A stretch of DNA of 64,000 nucleotides, taken from the NCBI GenBank assembly GCA_965208675.1, contig OZ242351.1:800001-864000 (forward strand), written 5' to 3'. This DNA is from Candidatus Poribacteria bacterium. GTDB lineage: Bacteria > Poribacteria > WGA-4E > PCPOR2b. A program made the position numbers and the translations under genes. The notes under the pieces were generated by a model. It worked only from the letters and a program-made list of their open reading frames with translations. It searched no databases and had not been told where the DNA came from. Every line of letters starts with the position of its first letter. Positions within the stretch are counted from its first letter, which is position 1. Shown here piece after piece: positions 9,093 through 19,092 of this stretch.

Positions 9093-10148
9093 ATGCCAGA
9101 TAACGAGAAGTCCGAAAGCCTGCTTCAACCTGAAGAACTGAGCCCCGCTGTCGATCTTGCGGCGAGAGCACTTGCGGAACTCGACCGCATCCTCCTCGGT
9201 CGTTCCGATTTGCATCGCATGGTGCTCATCGGAATTCTGAGTCATGGACACATTCTGCTTGAGGGAGTGCCCGGAGTCGGTAAAACTGCACTTGTGAAGG
9301 CGTTGGGTCAGCTACTTAACCTCGAATTCAACCGCGTCCAGTTCACGCCAGACTTGATGCCGGGCGACATTGTCGGTACACATATACTGCAGCAATCCTC
9401 GGAGGGGAACCGGGAAATGACGTTCCAAGCGGGACCAGTTTTCACGAACATCCTGCTCGCCGATGAGATTAACCGCGCTTCTCCGAAAACCCAATCCGCA
9501 TTGCTTGAAGCAATGCAGGAGCGGTGCGTCACGCTGCTTGGGAATACTCGCCAGTTGCCGAATCCTTTTTTCGTCCTAGCCTCTCAAAACCCTATCGAAT
9601 TGGAGGGAACGTATCCGCTCCCCGAAGCGCAGTTGGATCGATTCCTGTTCAAACTAATCGTCCCTAACGCCGATGTGGAGGTGCTCGACGACATTATCTC
9701 AACCCGCCGGCGCGGCGAACCGCCCGTACCCGCATGGTCAATGCACGCCGAGGAACTGCATCAGCTATTCGATGTGATGGATAAAATATTTTTGCCCAAG
9801 CCCGTTTCGCGATACATTTCACGTTTGACCGCATCTACCCATCCAAATTTTCCTGAGTCTACCGATGATGTTAGAAGATACGTTACCTACGCCGCATCGC
9901 CGCGAGCTGCCATAGCGATGGCGGAGGCGGCGCGAGCCTCTGCTTTGATTTCGGGCCGCCCAACGGTTGGATTTGAAGATGTAAAATTAGTCGCTCCGTC
10001 CGTGCTGAATCACCGCGTAATTTTGAATTATCAGGCCCGCTTCGATAGTGTGGATACCTTCGCAGTAGTGAGTAGTCTTCTTGACTCCCTTGACGAAACT
10101 AACTTGAATCTGCCCGATGACGTTGAGATCCGATTCGAGTCAGAGTGA
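9093..10148 (+). CDS. moxR: MoxR family AAA+ ATPase
   Basis: LEGVPGVGKT, RVQFTPDLMPGDI, DEINRASPKTQSALLEAMQE, QNPIELEGTYPLPEAQLDRF. Confidence 0.96.
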   Translation: MPDNEKSESLLQPEELSPAVDLAARALAELDRILLGRSDLHRMVLIGILSHGHILLEGVPGVGKTALVKALGQLLNLEFNRVQFTPDLMPGDIVGTHILQQSSEGNREMTFQAGPVFTNILLADEINRASPKTQSALLEAMQERCVTLLGNTRQLPNPFFVLASQNPIELEGTYPLPEAQLDRFLFKLIVPNADVEVLDDIISTRRRGEPPVPAWSMHAEELHQLFDVMDKIFLPKPVSRYISRLTASTHPNFPESTDDVRRYVTYAASPRAAIAMAEAARASALISGRPTVGFEDVKLVAPSVLNHRVILNYQARFDSVDTFAVVSSLLDSLDETNLNLPDDVEIRFESE

Positions 10149-10275
10149 GTTTGGATCGTGAACCATCCTAACTAGAATTTGGCAATGGATGAAAACCAAC
10201 CCTTCATTTCATACCAATCGATACAAGACCGCGAATCACTTTTGCCACGACTGACATAATCGGAGGAATCTACCA

Positions 10276-12390
10276 GTGAAGCATTCCACGCCTTATTCCA
10301 TCCTCTTTCTTGCCGCCGTGTGGCTGTGTTATACCGAATCTAGTACATTCGCGCAGAAACATTTTGACGATATAATAATTACACCGGAACTCACCCCAAG
10401 CGGCAGTAGTTTCCACGGATATGCGGAATACAGAATTAATGTATCTAATCGCTCGCCTGACAAAGCGCATCTCGTAACATTGGCGTTGCCGAAGACCAAT
10501 TACGGAATGTTTGGCAATCAAATCCGAAAAATCACCCGTTCAGTAATTGTCGGCCCCTCCGCTACTGCCCGGGTCACCTTGTTTCAGCCTTCAGTAAGGC
10601 TAGATGGACACGGTCTAGAAGTCACCATAGACGGTAAAGTGCAAGATGACGCGGCTCCACTGTCTATCGGCAATCACGGCAGCCACGACAACTTTTTCAT
10701 GCGTCACCACACGGCGGGTATGCCGCACGCGGTACGCAGCAGCAATCCTGAGATTCGAATTTTGATTAGTCGCAGTGTGGACACAGCCGATTTGCATACG
10801 CACGTGGGTAATCAACTCCACACTTTGAGGTCAACAGGCGGCTTCTCACCATCTGGAGGTGTACCTCACCCATTTGCACCGCCAAGTTCGGGAACCGGTT
10901 ATGAAACCATCGACCTCGGATTCCCGGTTTCGGCGTGGAGCACCAGTTGGCTCGGTTATTCTCGATACGACAGCGTGATTGTCACAGGCGATGACGTTAA
11001 AATGATGCCGCCGGATGTTCAATCCGCGTTGTGGCGCTACGTGGAATGCGGCGGCGCTCTACTTGTATTGGGAGGACGGGAACTTCCCAATATTTGGGGG
11101 TTGAAGCCCGCGCCCGACACTACCGAATTTGATAACAATCATGTCGGTTTCGGTCAGTGCATCGTGACAGCTGACGTGAATACCACTCACTTAACGCCAG
11201 AACTGTGGTCTGAGATTGTGTCTTCGTGGTTGAAGACTGAAAATCCGGGGAGAACCGGTCGGACGGTTGAGGGTGCTAATGCGATGTTTCCGGTGGTGGA
11301 AGGTCTAGGGGTTCCTGCGCGCGGCATGTACCTATTAATGCTCCTGTTCGCCGTCACGATTGGCCCGGTGAACCTCATAATACTGTCGCGAAAAAAACGG
11401 GGCATCTGGATGCTTTGGATAGTGCCGGCAATCTCGCTCATGACGTGTCTCGCTGTCTTTGTGTACGCGACGTTCGCCGAAGGGTGGGAACGACACGCCC
11501 GAATCGAAGGGCTAACACTACTCAACGAAAAGACTCACCGCGCCACAACAATTGGTTGGACTGCGTTCTATTCAGCGCTCACGCCATCCGACGGTTTGCA
11601 CTTCGGTTATGATACGGAGTTGACGCCCCAAATTGCCTCTTCTCAGATGGCTGGTACACCTCGCTCGGTCGACTGGACGAACGGCCAACACATGGTAAGC
11701 GGTTGGATGACTGCGCGCGTTCCGGCGCATTTCATGCTGCGCAAGAGCGAAGTGAGGCGTGAGCGTGTCACGGTTAGACGGGGAACAGATAAACGCCTAA
11801 GCATTGTTAACGGTCTAGGAGCTGTCATAAAACAGTTCTGGTTGGCAGATTATGATGGTGCAATCTATTTTGGAAAGGACATTCCTGCAGGTGCGGAAGC
11901 GGAATTGAGTGCGCGTACGCAATTGCGTCTAGGCAACCCTGGTAGAGTTGATGAGACATTTCAATTTGAACTATGGGATTCATCTGTCAATATGGATCTG
12001 GATGCCGGGGAAATGTCCCCATTGCTAAGGGACGAGATGAAATGGCGAGGCGAGCCGCTCTCCGATGATGTTTCCGTAGCCGTTTCAAAGCACGGTCATG
12101 AGTGGGTGATAACGGATAGCCTCTTGAATCGGACTTACACCATTAAGGCAGACATTATCGACGGCCCACTCCGAATTCATAGTAACGCAGCGCCTAGTTT
12201 GCGGGGTATATTTGCCGCTGATGATTGGATTCACAACATTAATTATCTCAAGGAAGCTCCGGTAAACTATCTCCGCCGCAACTGTTATATCGCAGAATTA
12301 TCGTCTGCTCCATTTATTGAGGAGGGACTTCGAAACACGACAGAAAAAAGATATAGCTCCGTCGTTTATGGCATTTTGGACGAGGAATGA
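10276..12390 (+). CDS. Secreted/membrane protein of the MoxR locus (GATase-like segment plus two TM helices)
   Basis: Signal peptide; WLGYSRYD..ALWRYVECGG; IGPVN..LWIVPAISL TM hairpin. Confidence 0.75.
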   Translation: MKHSTPYSILFLAAVWLCYTESSTFAQKHFDDIIITPELTPSGSSFHGYAEYRINVSNRSPDKAHLVTLALPKTNYGMFGNQIRKITRSVIVGPSATARVTLFQPSVRLDGHGLEVTIDGKVQDDAAPLSIGNHGSHDNFFMRHHTAGMPHAVRSSNPEIRILISRSVDTADLHTHVGNQLHTLRSTGGFSPSGGVPHPFAPPSSGTGYETIDLGFPVSAWSTSWLGYSRYDSVIVTGDDVKMMPPDVQSALWRYVECGGALLVLGGRELPNIWGLKPAPDTTEFDNNHVGFGQCIVTADVNTTHLTPELWSEIVSSWLKTENPGRTGRTVEGANAMFPVVEGLGVPARGMYLLMLLFAVTIGPVNLIILSRKKRGIWMLWIVPAISLMTCLAVFVYATFAEGWERHARIEGLTLLNEKTHRATTIGWTAFYSALTPSDGLHFGYDTELTPQIASSQMAGTPRSVDWTNGQHMVSGWMTARVPAHFMLRKSEVRRERVTVRRGTDKRLSIVNGLGAVIKQFWLADYDGAIYFGKDIPAGAEAELSARTQLRLGNPGRVDETFQFELWDSSVNMDLDAGEMSPLLRDEMKWRGEPLSDDVSVAVSKHGHEWVITDSLLNRTYTIKADIIDGPLRIHSNAAPSLRGIFAADDWIHNINYLKEAPVNYLRRNCYIAELSSAPFIEEGLRNTTEKRYSSVVYGILDEE

Positions 12391-12605
12391 GTATCAAATT
12401 ACATTACAATTTAGGTGGGAATAAACGTAACTTTTGTTGGAGATTGTACGTAGCGCAACAAGACACTTGTCTCAATCTATCGCTTTGGGAAGAAATCTTA
12501 ATGACGAAGATCTAGACCTACAAATCAAGACCGATTGGTTTTTGTGTACCGCGTATAGTGCCATGAATAGCGGTGCAAACCGCTTTAAACCAAGGGAGTT
12601 CTCCG

Positions 12606-13535
12606 ATGCAAATCAATGTCGATCACGTCAAGAAATATTTCGGCCGAACCCGCGCCGTTGACAATATTTCATTCTCGTTTTCATCGGGAGACGTTGTCGG
12701 TTTTGTCGGTCCCAATGGCGCCGGCAAAACTACGATGATGAGAATCTTGGCGACACTTGATGAGCCGACGAGTGGTGACGCCACGATTGACGGTGTCTCT
12801 ATTGTCGAAGCCCCGGAAAATGCCCGCCGGCTGGTTGGGTATGTGCCGGACGCTCTTCCGGCGCACCGGGATATCTCTGTACACGACTACTTGGACTTTT
12901 TCGCCCGCGCTTACGGACTGGGCAGCGTCAAGCGTAAACAGGTGGTCGAAAGTATAGAAGGTTTTACTAACCTTACCGGTATTCGAGAAAAAACTCTTTA
13001 CGCACTATCAAAGGGTATGAAACAACGAGTTAGTCTTGCACGCGCGCTCGTACACGACCCGCCGGTATTGGTGATGGATGAGCCAGCCGCAGGGCTCGAT
13101 CCGCGGGCACGGGTCGAACTGAGAGAACTCTTGAGGATTCTTTCCGGTGATGGAAAAGCCATTCTAATTAGCTCGCACATCCTAACCGAACTCTCGGAAA
13201 TCTGCGACGGCGCAGTCATAATTGAACAGGGCAAGATTGTCGCATCTGGAAACCTACAAGAAATCGCTGGCCAGGGTACAGAGCAGTGCACGGTTGTGAT
13301 TCGATCTCTCAACCGGCAAGACGAAATGTATAAGGCGATGCTCATAATGCCGAACGTGGCGGCGGTAAATCAGTTGGGCGGCGAGATAGAGGTGAAAATC
13401 TCCGGATCGGAAGACACCTGCAGCGAACTGCTCGAAATTCTGATAAAGAGTGGATATCGAATCGTTGAGTTCAAACAACGGGGCAGCGATTTGGAATCGG
13501 TGTTCATGAATGTAACAACAGGGGTAGTGCAATGA
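12606..13535 (+). CDS. ABC transporter ATP-binding protein (ABC-2 type)
   Basis: GPNGAGKTT, LSKGMKQR, MDEPAAGLDP, SSHIL; ATG 12606 after AGGGAG. Confidence 0.95.
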   Translation: MQINVDHVKKYFGRTRAVDNISFSFSSGDVVGFVGPNGAGKTTMMRILATLDEPTSGDATIDGVSIVEAPENARRLVGYVPDALPAHRDISVHDYLDFFARAYGLGSVKRKQVVESIEGFTNLTGIREKTLYALSKGMKQRVSLARALVHDPPVLVMDEPAAGLDPRARVELRELLRILSGDGKAILISSHILTELSEICDGAVIIEQGKIVASGNLQEIAGQGTEQCTVVIRSLNRQDEMYKAMLIMPNVAAVNQLGGEIEVKISGSEDTCSELLEILIKSGYRIVEFKQRGSDLESVFMNVTTGVVQ

Positions 13536-15049
13536 ATTTCGTTACGGTTCTTCTTGAAAAATTTACCGACTCGCTCAATCCCATCGTTGTCAAAGAGTTG
13601 CGGCAAGCGGTGCAAGGCAAACTTTTTAGCGTGATATTGATGGTGTTTCTCGGATTGCTGCTGCTTACTATGGGATTATTCTTATCAAGTGAAACCATGG
13701 AATTGTCTTTCAATGCGGGGCGTAACCTATTTGGAGTATTGATCAGTATTTTACTAGGCACATGCTTGCTATTCGTACCGGCATATACGGGCATCCGGTT
13801 GGGAGCCGAACGGTCAGACGCCAACGTCGACCTGCTGTTCATAACGACGCTGCCGCCGCGTTCCATAATATGGGGCAAATTCCTCGCCGCCCTTGTGCTT
13901 ACCGTCTTGCTTTACAGCGCGTGCCTGCCGTTTATGACCTTTACTTATTTGTTGCGGGGCGTTGACTTGCCGTCCATTTTTGTCCTCATGGCGTTCACTT
14001 TTATTATTGCGGGGGTTGCCATCCAGTGCGCCATCTTTCTCGGTTGCATTCCTGCCAATCGGTTCTTCAGAGTAATACTCGGCGTTGGGTGGCTTGTCGC
14101 TGTAGCTTCCAGCATTCCAACATTGAGTATCATGATGTATGCTCCTGGCGGACTCCTTAACTCCGGCATAGGCAGCCTCATAGGGACATGGCGATTCTGG
14201 CGAATCGCACTGAGCGTGTTGGCTGGCGGGATGGCACTGATAAGTCTACTTGGTCTATTGTCAATCGCACTAATTAGCCCACTGTCGAGTAATCGAGCAC
14301 TGCCGGTGCGGCTCTTTGTCGCCGGAGTTTGGTTCTTAACCGGCATTGGCACCACAATTTGGAGCATTGCATCAAATAACCTCACTCCAGTCGGAGTGTG
14401 GGCAGCCGCGCACGTTCTTCTACATTCCATCGGTCTATTAATTGCAGTGAGCGAGAGAGAGCATTTAGGGCTACGGGTTAGCCACAGCATTCCGCGTAGA
14501 CGTTGGCGCCGTCCGCTCGCGTTTCTCTTTTACAGCGGTGCAGCCGGAGGCGTTTTGTGGTCATCGCTAACGATTGTCCTCACTCTAATTACTATTGTCG
14601 TATTAGTGGAGCGTTACCCGCTCATGTGGACCGGACAGTTTTATAACGATTTTCTGACAATAAATATCGTCATACCGCTCCACGCGTTAATCTATGCTCT
14701 AGGTGCCTCGATCATAAGAAGACGCTTCTTCGCAAATCGTATCTCCGGCGGTTATACCTGCCTCATAGCGATAATATTGTTCGGCGTTACGACGATGATT
14801 GTACCGCTCATTCTGTTTTTCATAACCGGAATTTGGCAAAAAGACTGGTTGGTTGGCAGTCCTATTGGCCCCATCCTTGCCGTCCCGGACAGTGAGTACC
14901 ACCTTGCCTACAGCAGTTTGGGAATAGCGGTCGTTGGTGCATTGCTAGTCTGTGCCTTAAGTATTCCGTGGTTTTTCAGACAAATCCGCAATTTTCATCC
15001 GCCAAATAAAAACACCACGCCTCAATTCCGGACAAATGAGCCTAGTTAA
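13532..15049 (+). CDS. ABC-2 transporter permease-like membrane protein
   Basis: NPIVVKELRQ, ER..DLLFITTL..SIIWGKF motifs; about 12 TM segments; ATGA overlap with the ATPase. Confidence 0.85.
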   Translation: MNFVTVLLEKFTDSLNPIVVKELRQAVQGKLFSVILMVFLGLLLLTMGLFLSSETMELSFNAGRNLFGVLISILLGTCLLFVPAYTGIRLGAERSDANVDLLFITTLPPRSIIWGKFLAALVLTVLLYSACLPFMTFTYLLRGVDLPSIFVLMAFTFIIAGVAIQCAIFLGCIPANRFFRVILGVGWLVAVASSIPTLSIMMYAPGGLLNSGIGSLIGTWRFWRIALSVLAGGMALISLLGLLSIALISPLSSNRALPVRLFVAGVWFLTGIGTTIWSIASNNLTPVGVWAAAHVLLHSIGLLIAVSEREHLGLRVSHSIPRRRWRRPLAFLFYSGAAGGVLWSSLTIVLTLITIVVLVERYPLMWTGQFYNDFLTINIVIPLHALIYALGASIIRRRFFANRISGGYTCLIAIILFGVTTMIVPLILFFITGIWQKDWLVGSPIGPILAVPDSEYHLAYSSLGIAVVGALLVCALSIPWFFRQIRNFHPPNKNTTPQFRTNEPS

Positions 15050-15302
15050 CTCTATTTCTCAAATCTGGCTTGGCGGCCAAATAATCGCGGCGTAATTTCC
15101 CCGCCGGAAATCTGCGTAGATTCAACTTGGTTCAGTTTACACCAGCGCAGTTCATCACGCGCCGAATTATTATCATCGCGCTTGTTAACTGCCTGAGATA
15201 CTATTTTGCGCAAAAAGTGGTATAGAGACTGAATCTTGGCGGAAGTAGCCGATGGCCTAAATAATCTCTGCACTAACTCTTTAAAACTCTGGAGGTAACA
15301 CT

Positions 15303-16550
15303 GTGAAATGTGTCATCAACATCTCACTCATTTTGAGTCTGCTTTTCTGTTTCTTCGTGCTCGAAATTGAGGCGGAACCGTCGTCAACCGTCGCAATACT
15401 CGGTGCATTCGATGAAGAAATCAGACTCCTTGAGGGTCAGCTTGCAAATTCAACGACCCACACAATCGAAAAACTGCGATTTGTGACAGGTTTACTCAAC
15501 GAACAAAATGTGGTAATCGCGACCACTGGCATCGGCAAGGTCAATGCAGCAATGACTGCGACTCTTGCCATTGAGCATTTTCGCCCAAATCAAGTTATCT
15601 TTACAGGAGTAGCTGGCGGTCTCAACTCAGATTTGAATTTAGGAGATATTGTTATTGCGGAGCGGACAGCCCAACACGATTTGGGTAAATTGGCGTCCGT
15701 AGAAATCGAAAATTTTGGCGTGCGGAACCCGATTACCGGGAAACGAAATCCTGTTTTCTTTCCAGCCGATCCGAGGCTTTTACAAGCCGCTCAGACCGCT
15801 CAAGAACGGGTTGAACTGAGTCCATTAGACACGCCCGACGGCCAGCGTCACCCGCGAATCGTCACGGGCACAGTCGTGACCGGCGATATTTTTGTCGCAT
15901 TTGATGCCAAAAGGACAACCTTGCATGAAAATCTCGGAGGGGACGCAGTAGAGATGGAGGGCGCATCGGTCGCGCAGATTTGCTGGCAGCACAATATACC
16001 TTGCTTGGTAATACGCAGCCTCAGCGATTACGCGGGTTCGAACGCTACCGACGACTTCAAGAAATACTACAAAATCGCGGCCCGCAACTCGGCGGCGTTA
16101 GTGACCCAGATTGTCGACGAACTCCGTTCCTCCGAATCGCTTCCGTGGGAATCTAAACAAGATGGAAGACTTACCGACAATGAAAAGAAATTTCAAGAAA
16201 TGCTTTCGAACGTAACTTTGGTTGGCAACTTCACAGTCGCGGGACAGGAAGATCAGCGTGCACTCCATGAAGAAAAATACACTATCGAAAGAGTCTCAAA
16301 ATTGGGTGGCGGCCGCTGGTTATTCGCTGCACGAGTTCAATACGCTGGGCGAGACGTAACAGTACCGCTACCGCTCGAAGTCAAATGGGCGGATGACACA
16401 CCCATTATCACACTCACCGATATGGAATTGCCTCAGCTAGGAACTTACACGGCGAGAGTCTTAATGTATCGCGGCATATACGCCGGCACCTGGAGCAGCG
16501 AAAAGCACGGCGGGCACCTGTTCGGGAAAATTATCAAGAATTCTGATTAA
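15303..16550 (+). CDS. mtnN: Secreted 5'-methylthioadenosine/S-adenosylhomocysteine nucleosidase with extra C-terminal domain
   Basis: GAFDEE, TGIGKVNAAMT, FTGVAGGL, VTGDIF, VEMEGA, IRSLSD; N-terminal signal peptide; about 130-aa C-terminal beta domain. Confidence 0.9.
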   Translation: MKCVINISLILSLLFCFFVLEIEAEPSSTVAILGAFDEEIRLLEGQLANSTTHTIEKLRFVTGLLNEQNVVIATTGIGKVNAAMTATLAIEHFRPNQVIFTGVAGGLNSDLNLGDIVIAERTAQHDLGKLASVEIENFGVRNPITGKRNPVFFPADPRLLQAAQTAQERVELSPLDTPDGQRHPRIVTGTVVTGDIFVAFDAKRTTLHENLGGDAVEMEGASVAQICWQHNIPCLVIRSLSDYAGSNATDDFKKYYKIAARNSAALVTQIVDELRSSESLPWESKQDGRLTDNEKKFQEMLSNVTLVGNFTVAGQEDQRALHEEKYTIERVSKLGGGRWLFAARVQYAGRDVTVPLPLEVKWADDTPIITLTDMELPQLGTYTARVLMYRGIYAGTWSSEKHGGHLFGKIIKNSD

Positions 16551-16834
16551 GCGCAAAATCAGGTGCCTCCGAATTATCTGCATTGTGACACTTGATATAT
16601 TCCATCAGAGATTGTAGTCTAATGACAATCTACATTTCCGCTCACGACTGGCTGGTTTCACCTGTAGCCAACGTTTGTCGCTCGCGTTACTGTGCCCCAA
16701 TTTCAGAAAAGCACGGTGAATTGAGCGTAAATGCACCATTGAAAAATCTCGATACTGACATTTTGAATAGGCACACATTGTGTCTACGACTTACAGACTG
16801 AAGGATATTTGAACCCGAAACGGAGGCAAGACAC

Positions 16835-18877
16835 ATGAAAGCCAATGAAGAGAATTTACTGAAATTCTTGGATGGAACAAAACAGTTTATACTGCCAATT
16901 TATCAGCGTCGGTACAGTTGGACGAAAGAACAATGCAAACAGTTACTAGAAGACGTGTGTCGTATTGGGAAAAATGAGAATATCACGTCTCATTTCCTGG
17001 GATCAGTTGTTTCACGGGAAGAGGTTAGTACAAGGGTTCAACAGTTATGCGTCATTGACGGTCAACAGCGATTAACATCGGTTTCGCTATTGCTATCTGC
17101 GCTTGGCAGAGCCATTCAAGCAACGGGGGCGGATATTGGCATCGATCAAAACCGGATAAAAGGGTACTATCTATTCAATGAAAAAGAGGATGGAGATCTC
17201 CGTTACAAACAGATACTCACAACGCACGACAAGGAGACGCTGATTCAATTGTTGGAGGAGGGAGAATCTCCCGATAACTCTTCCCTGTTGACGAACAACT
17301 ACCAATTTTTTGAAGATAAGCTCAAGTCCGTCGATCTTAATGTGGTGTATAAAGGAATTGACAAGCTAATGATTGTCAGTATCGCCCTGGAATCTGCCTC
17401 TGACAATCCTCAGCTAATATACGAGAGTCTCAATTCCACTGGACTTAAACTTTCGCAAGCCGATTTAATTCGTAACTATGTGCTTATGGGACAGAAGTTC
17501 GATTTTCAAAAGAGCCTATATGAAATTTATTGGTATCCGATGGAGCAGCGTTTTGGAGAGGAGTACGCCAAACGATTTGACCTTTTTATAAGGGATTATC
17601 TGACTCTGAAGACTCGACAAATTCCGAATAAGGGTCAAGTTTACGAAAGTTTTAAACGGTATGTGGACGACAAGAGGAAGCCAGAAGACTTAAAGGCAGT
17701 CATCAAGGAAATCGTCGACTTCTCCGAACTCTATGTGCGCATAGTTTTACTCGAAGAACCTGACCGAGAACTTCATTCTTGCTTTGAGGACATTCATGCC
17801 CTTGGTGTAGAGGTCGTCATTCCGTATTTGCTTGGTATCTACGAGGATTATACTCTAGGAAAAATCGAGAAGGCGGAGGTTATCAGGATTCTCCAGCTTA
17901 TTGAGAGCTATGTCTTTCGTCGTGCGATATGTGACATTCCCACGAATATCTTGAATAAAACCTTCGCGGGACTTATTGGCCAAATCGACGGGGGAGAACA
18001 CTTGCAAAGCCTGAAAATTAGTTTCTCGAAAATGAGTGGGAGGAGCCTTTTCCCAAAAGATGATGATTTTCGGCAGGAATTCCAGACTAAAGACGTTTAT
18101 AACCTCCGAACTCGCAATTATTTACTACGCAAGCTAGAGAACTATGAACGCAAAGAACCGATTCGTGTTAAAGACTACACAATTGAGCATGTGATGCCGC
18201 AAAGTCTGTCTGAAGAATGGCAGGCGGAGTTGGGCGAAAACTGGAGAAACACTCATGAAAAATATCTTCACACGATTGGAAATCTCACTCTTACGGGATA
18301 CAATCCGGAGCTAAGTAACAGTACATTCCTAGAAAAACAGAACATGAATGGCGGTTTTCTCGACAGCCCGTTGCGCTTAAATGAAAGCCTTCGCGAGGTA
18401 GAGCGGTGGAATGAGTATGTTATTGTTAAACGAGCGGAGATTTTATCGGAAAAAGCACTTAACATCTGGCGTTACCACGGGATAACAAGAGTAATCGAAC
18501 CGTCTGGAAAAGAAAAATGGACAATAAATGACTTTTCTTATCTCACAGGTGACATGCTGGACCTTTTTGAACAGTTAAGGCACAGTATTGTGTGCTTGGC
18601 TGCTTCTATTGAAGAACAGATTAACAAACATTACATTGTTTTCAAGTCAAATAAGATCTTTGTAAGTATTACACCGCAAGCAAAACGCCTCCTATTGATC
18701 TTAAACTTGCCCTTCGCCGAAATCAGTGACCCGAAAAGACAGTGCAGAGACGTTGCACATATCGGAAAATTAGGCCATGGAGATGTTCAGGTCGGCATCG
18801 CTTCAAAAGACGAAATTGACTACATCATGTTCCTGATTCGCCAAGCGTACGAAAAACGAAAATCAGACAGGATGTGA
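16835..18877 (+). CDS. GmrSD-like DUF262 + DUF1524 (HNH) nuclease with C-terminal DUF5655-like domain
   Basis: PIYQRRYSW, IDGQQRLTS, YESLNSTG..LSQADLIRN, TIEHVMPQ..IGNLTL..YNPELSN; visibly lower GC. Confidence 0.9.
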   Translation: MKANEENLLKFLDGTKQFILPIYQRRYSWTKEQCKQLLEDVCRIGKNENITSHFLGSVVSREEVSTRVQQLCVIDGQQRLTSVSLLLSALGRAIQATGADIGIDQNRIKGYYLFNEKEDGDLRYKQILTTHDKETLIQLLEEGESPDNSSLLTNNYQFFEDKLKSVDLNVVYKGIDKLMIVSIALESASDNPQLIYESLNSTGLKLSQADLIRNYVLMGQKFDFQKSLYEIYWYPMEQRFGEEYAKRFDLFIRDYLTLKTRQIPNKGQVYESFKRYVDDKRKPEDLKAVIKEIVDFSELYVRIVLLEEPDRELHSCFEDIHALGVEVVIPYLLGIYEDYTLGKIEKAEVIRILQLIESYVFRRAICDIPTNILNKTFAGLIGQIDGGEHLQSLKISFSKMSGRSLFPKDDDFRQEFQTKDVYNLRTRNYLLRKLENYERKEPIRVKDYTIEHVMPQSLSEEWQAELGENWRNTHEKYLHTIGNLTLTGYNPELSNSTFLEKQNMNGGFLDSPLRLNESLREVERWNEYVIVKRAEILSEKALNIWRYHGITRVIEPSGKEKWTINDFSYLTGDMLDLFEQLRHSIVCLAASIEEQINKHYIVFKSNKIFVSITPQAKRLLLILNLPFAEISDPKRQCRDVAHIGKLGHGDVQVGIASKDEIDYIMFLIRQAYEKRKSDRM

Positions 18878-19092
18878 GTTACGCACCTACAATCTCCGAT
18901 TGTGCGACCTACAGAGACATTTCTAATGTTATGGATAGCGTCTATTGCCGAAATATATTGGAAATCCGCAACATGGCGTTTCACTTGGACGCTTTGTAGT
19001 AATTGAGTTAGTTAATGTGACACATAAGCGGACATTTCAGTAGACACAGTTCTTTTGATATAGTACGCCACACAGGCACGATTCATCAATTC

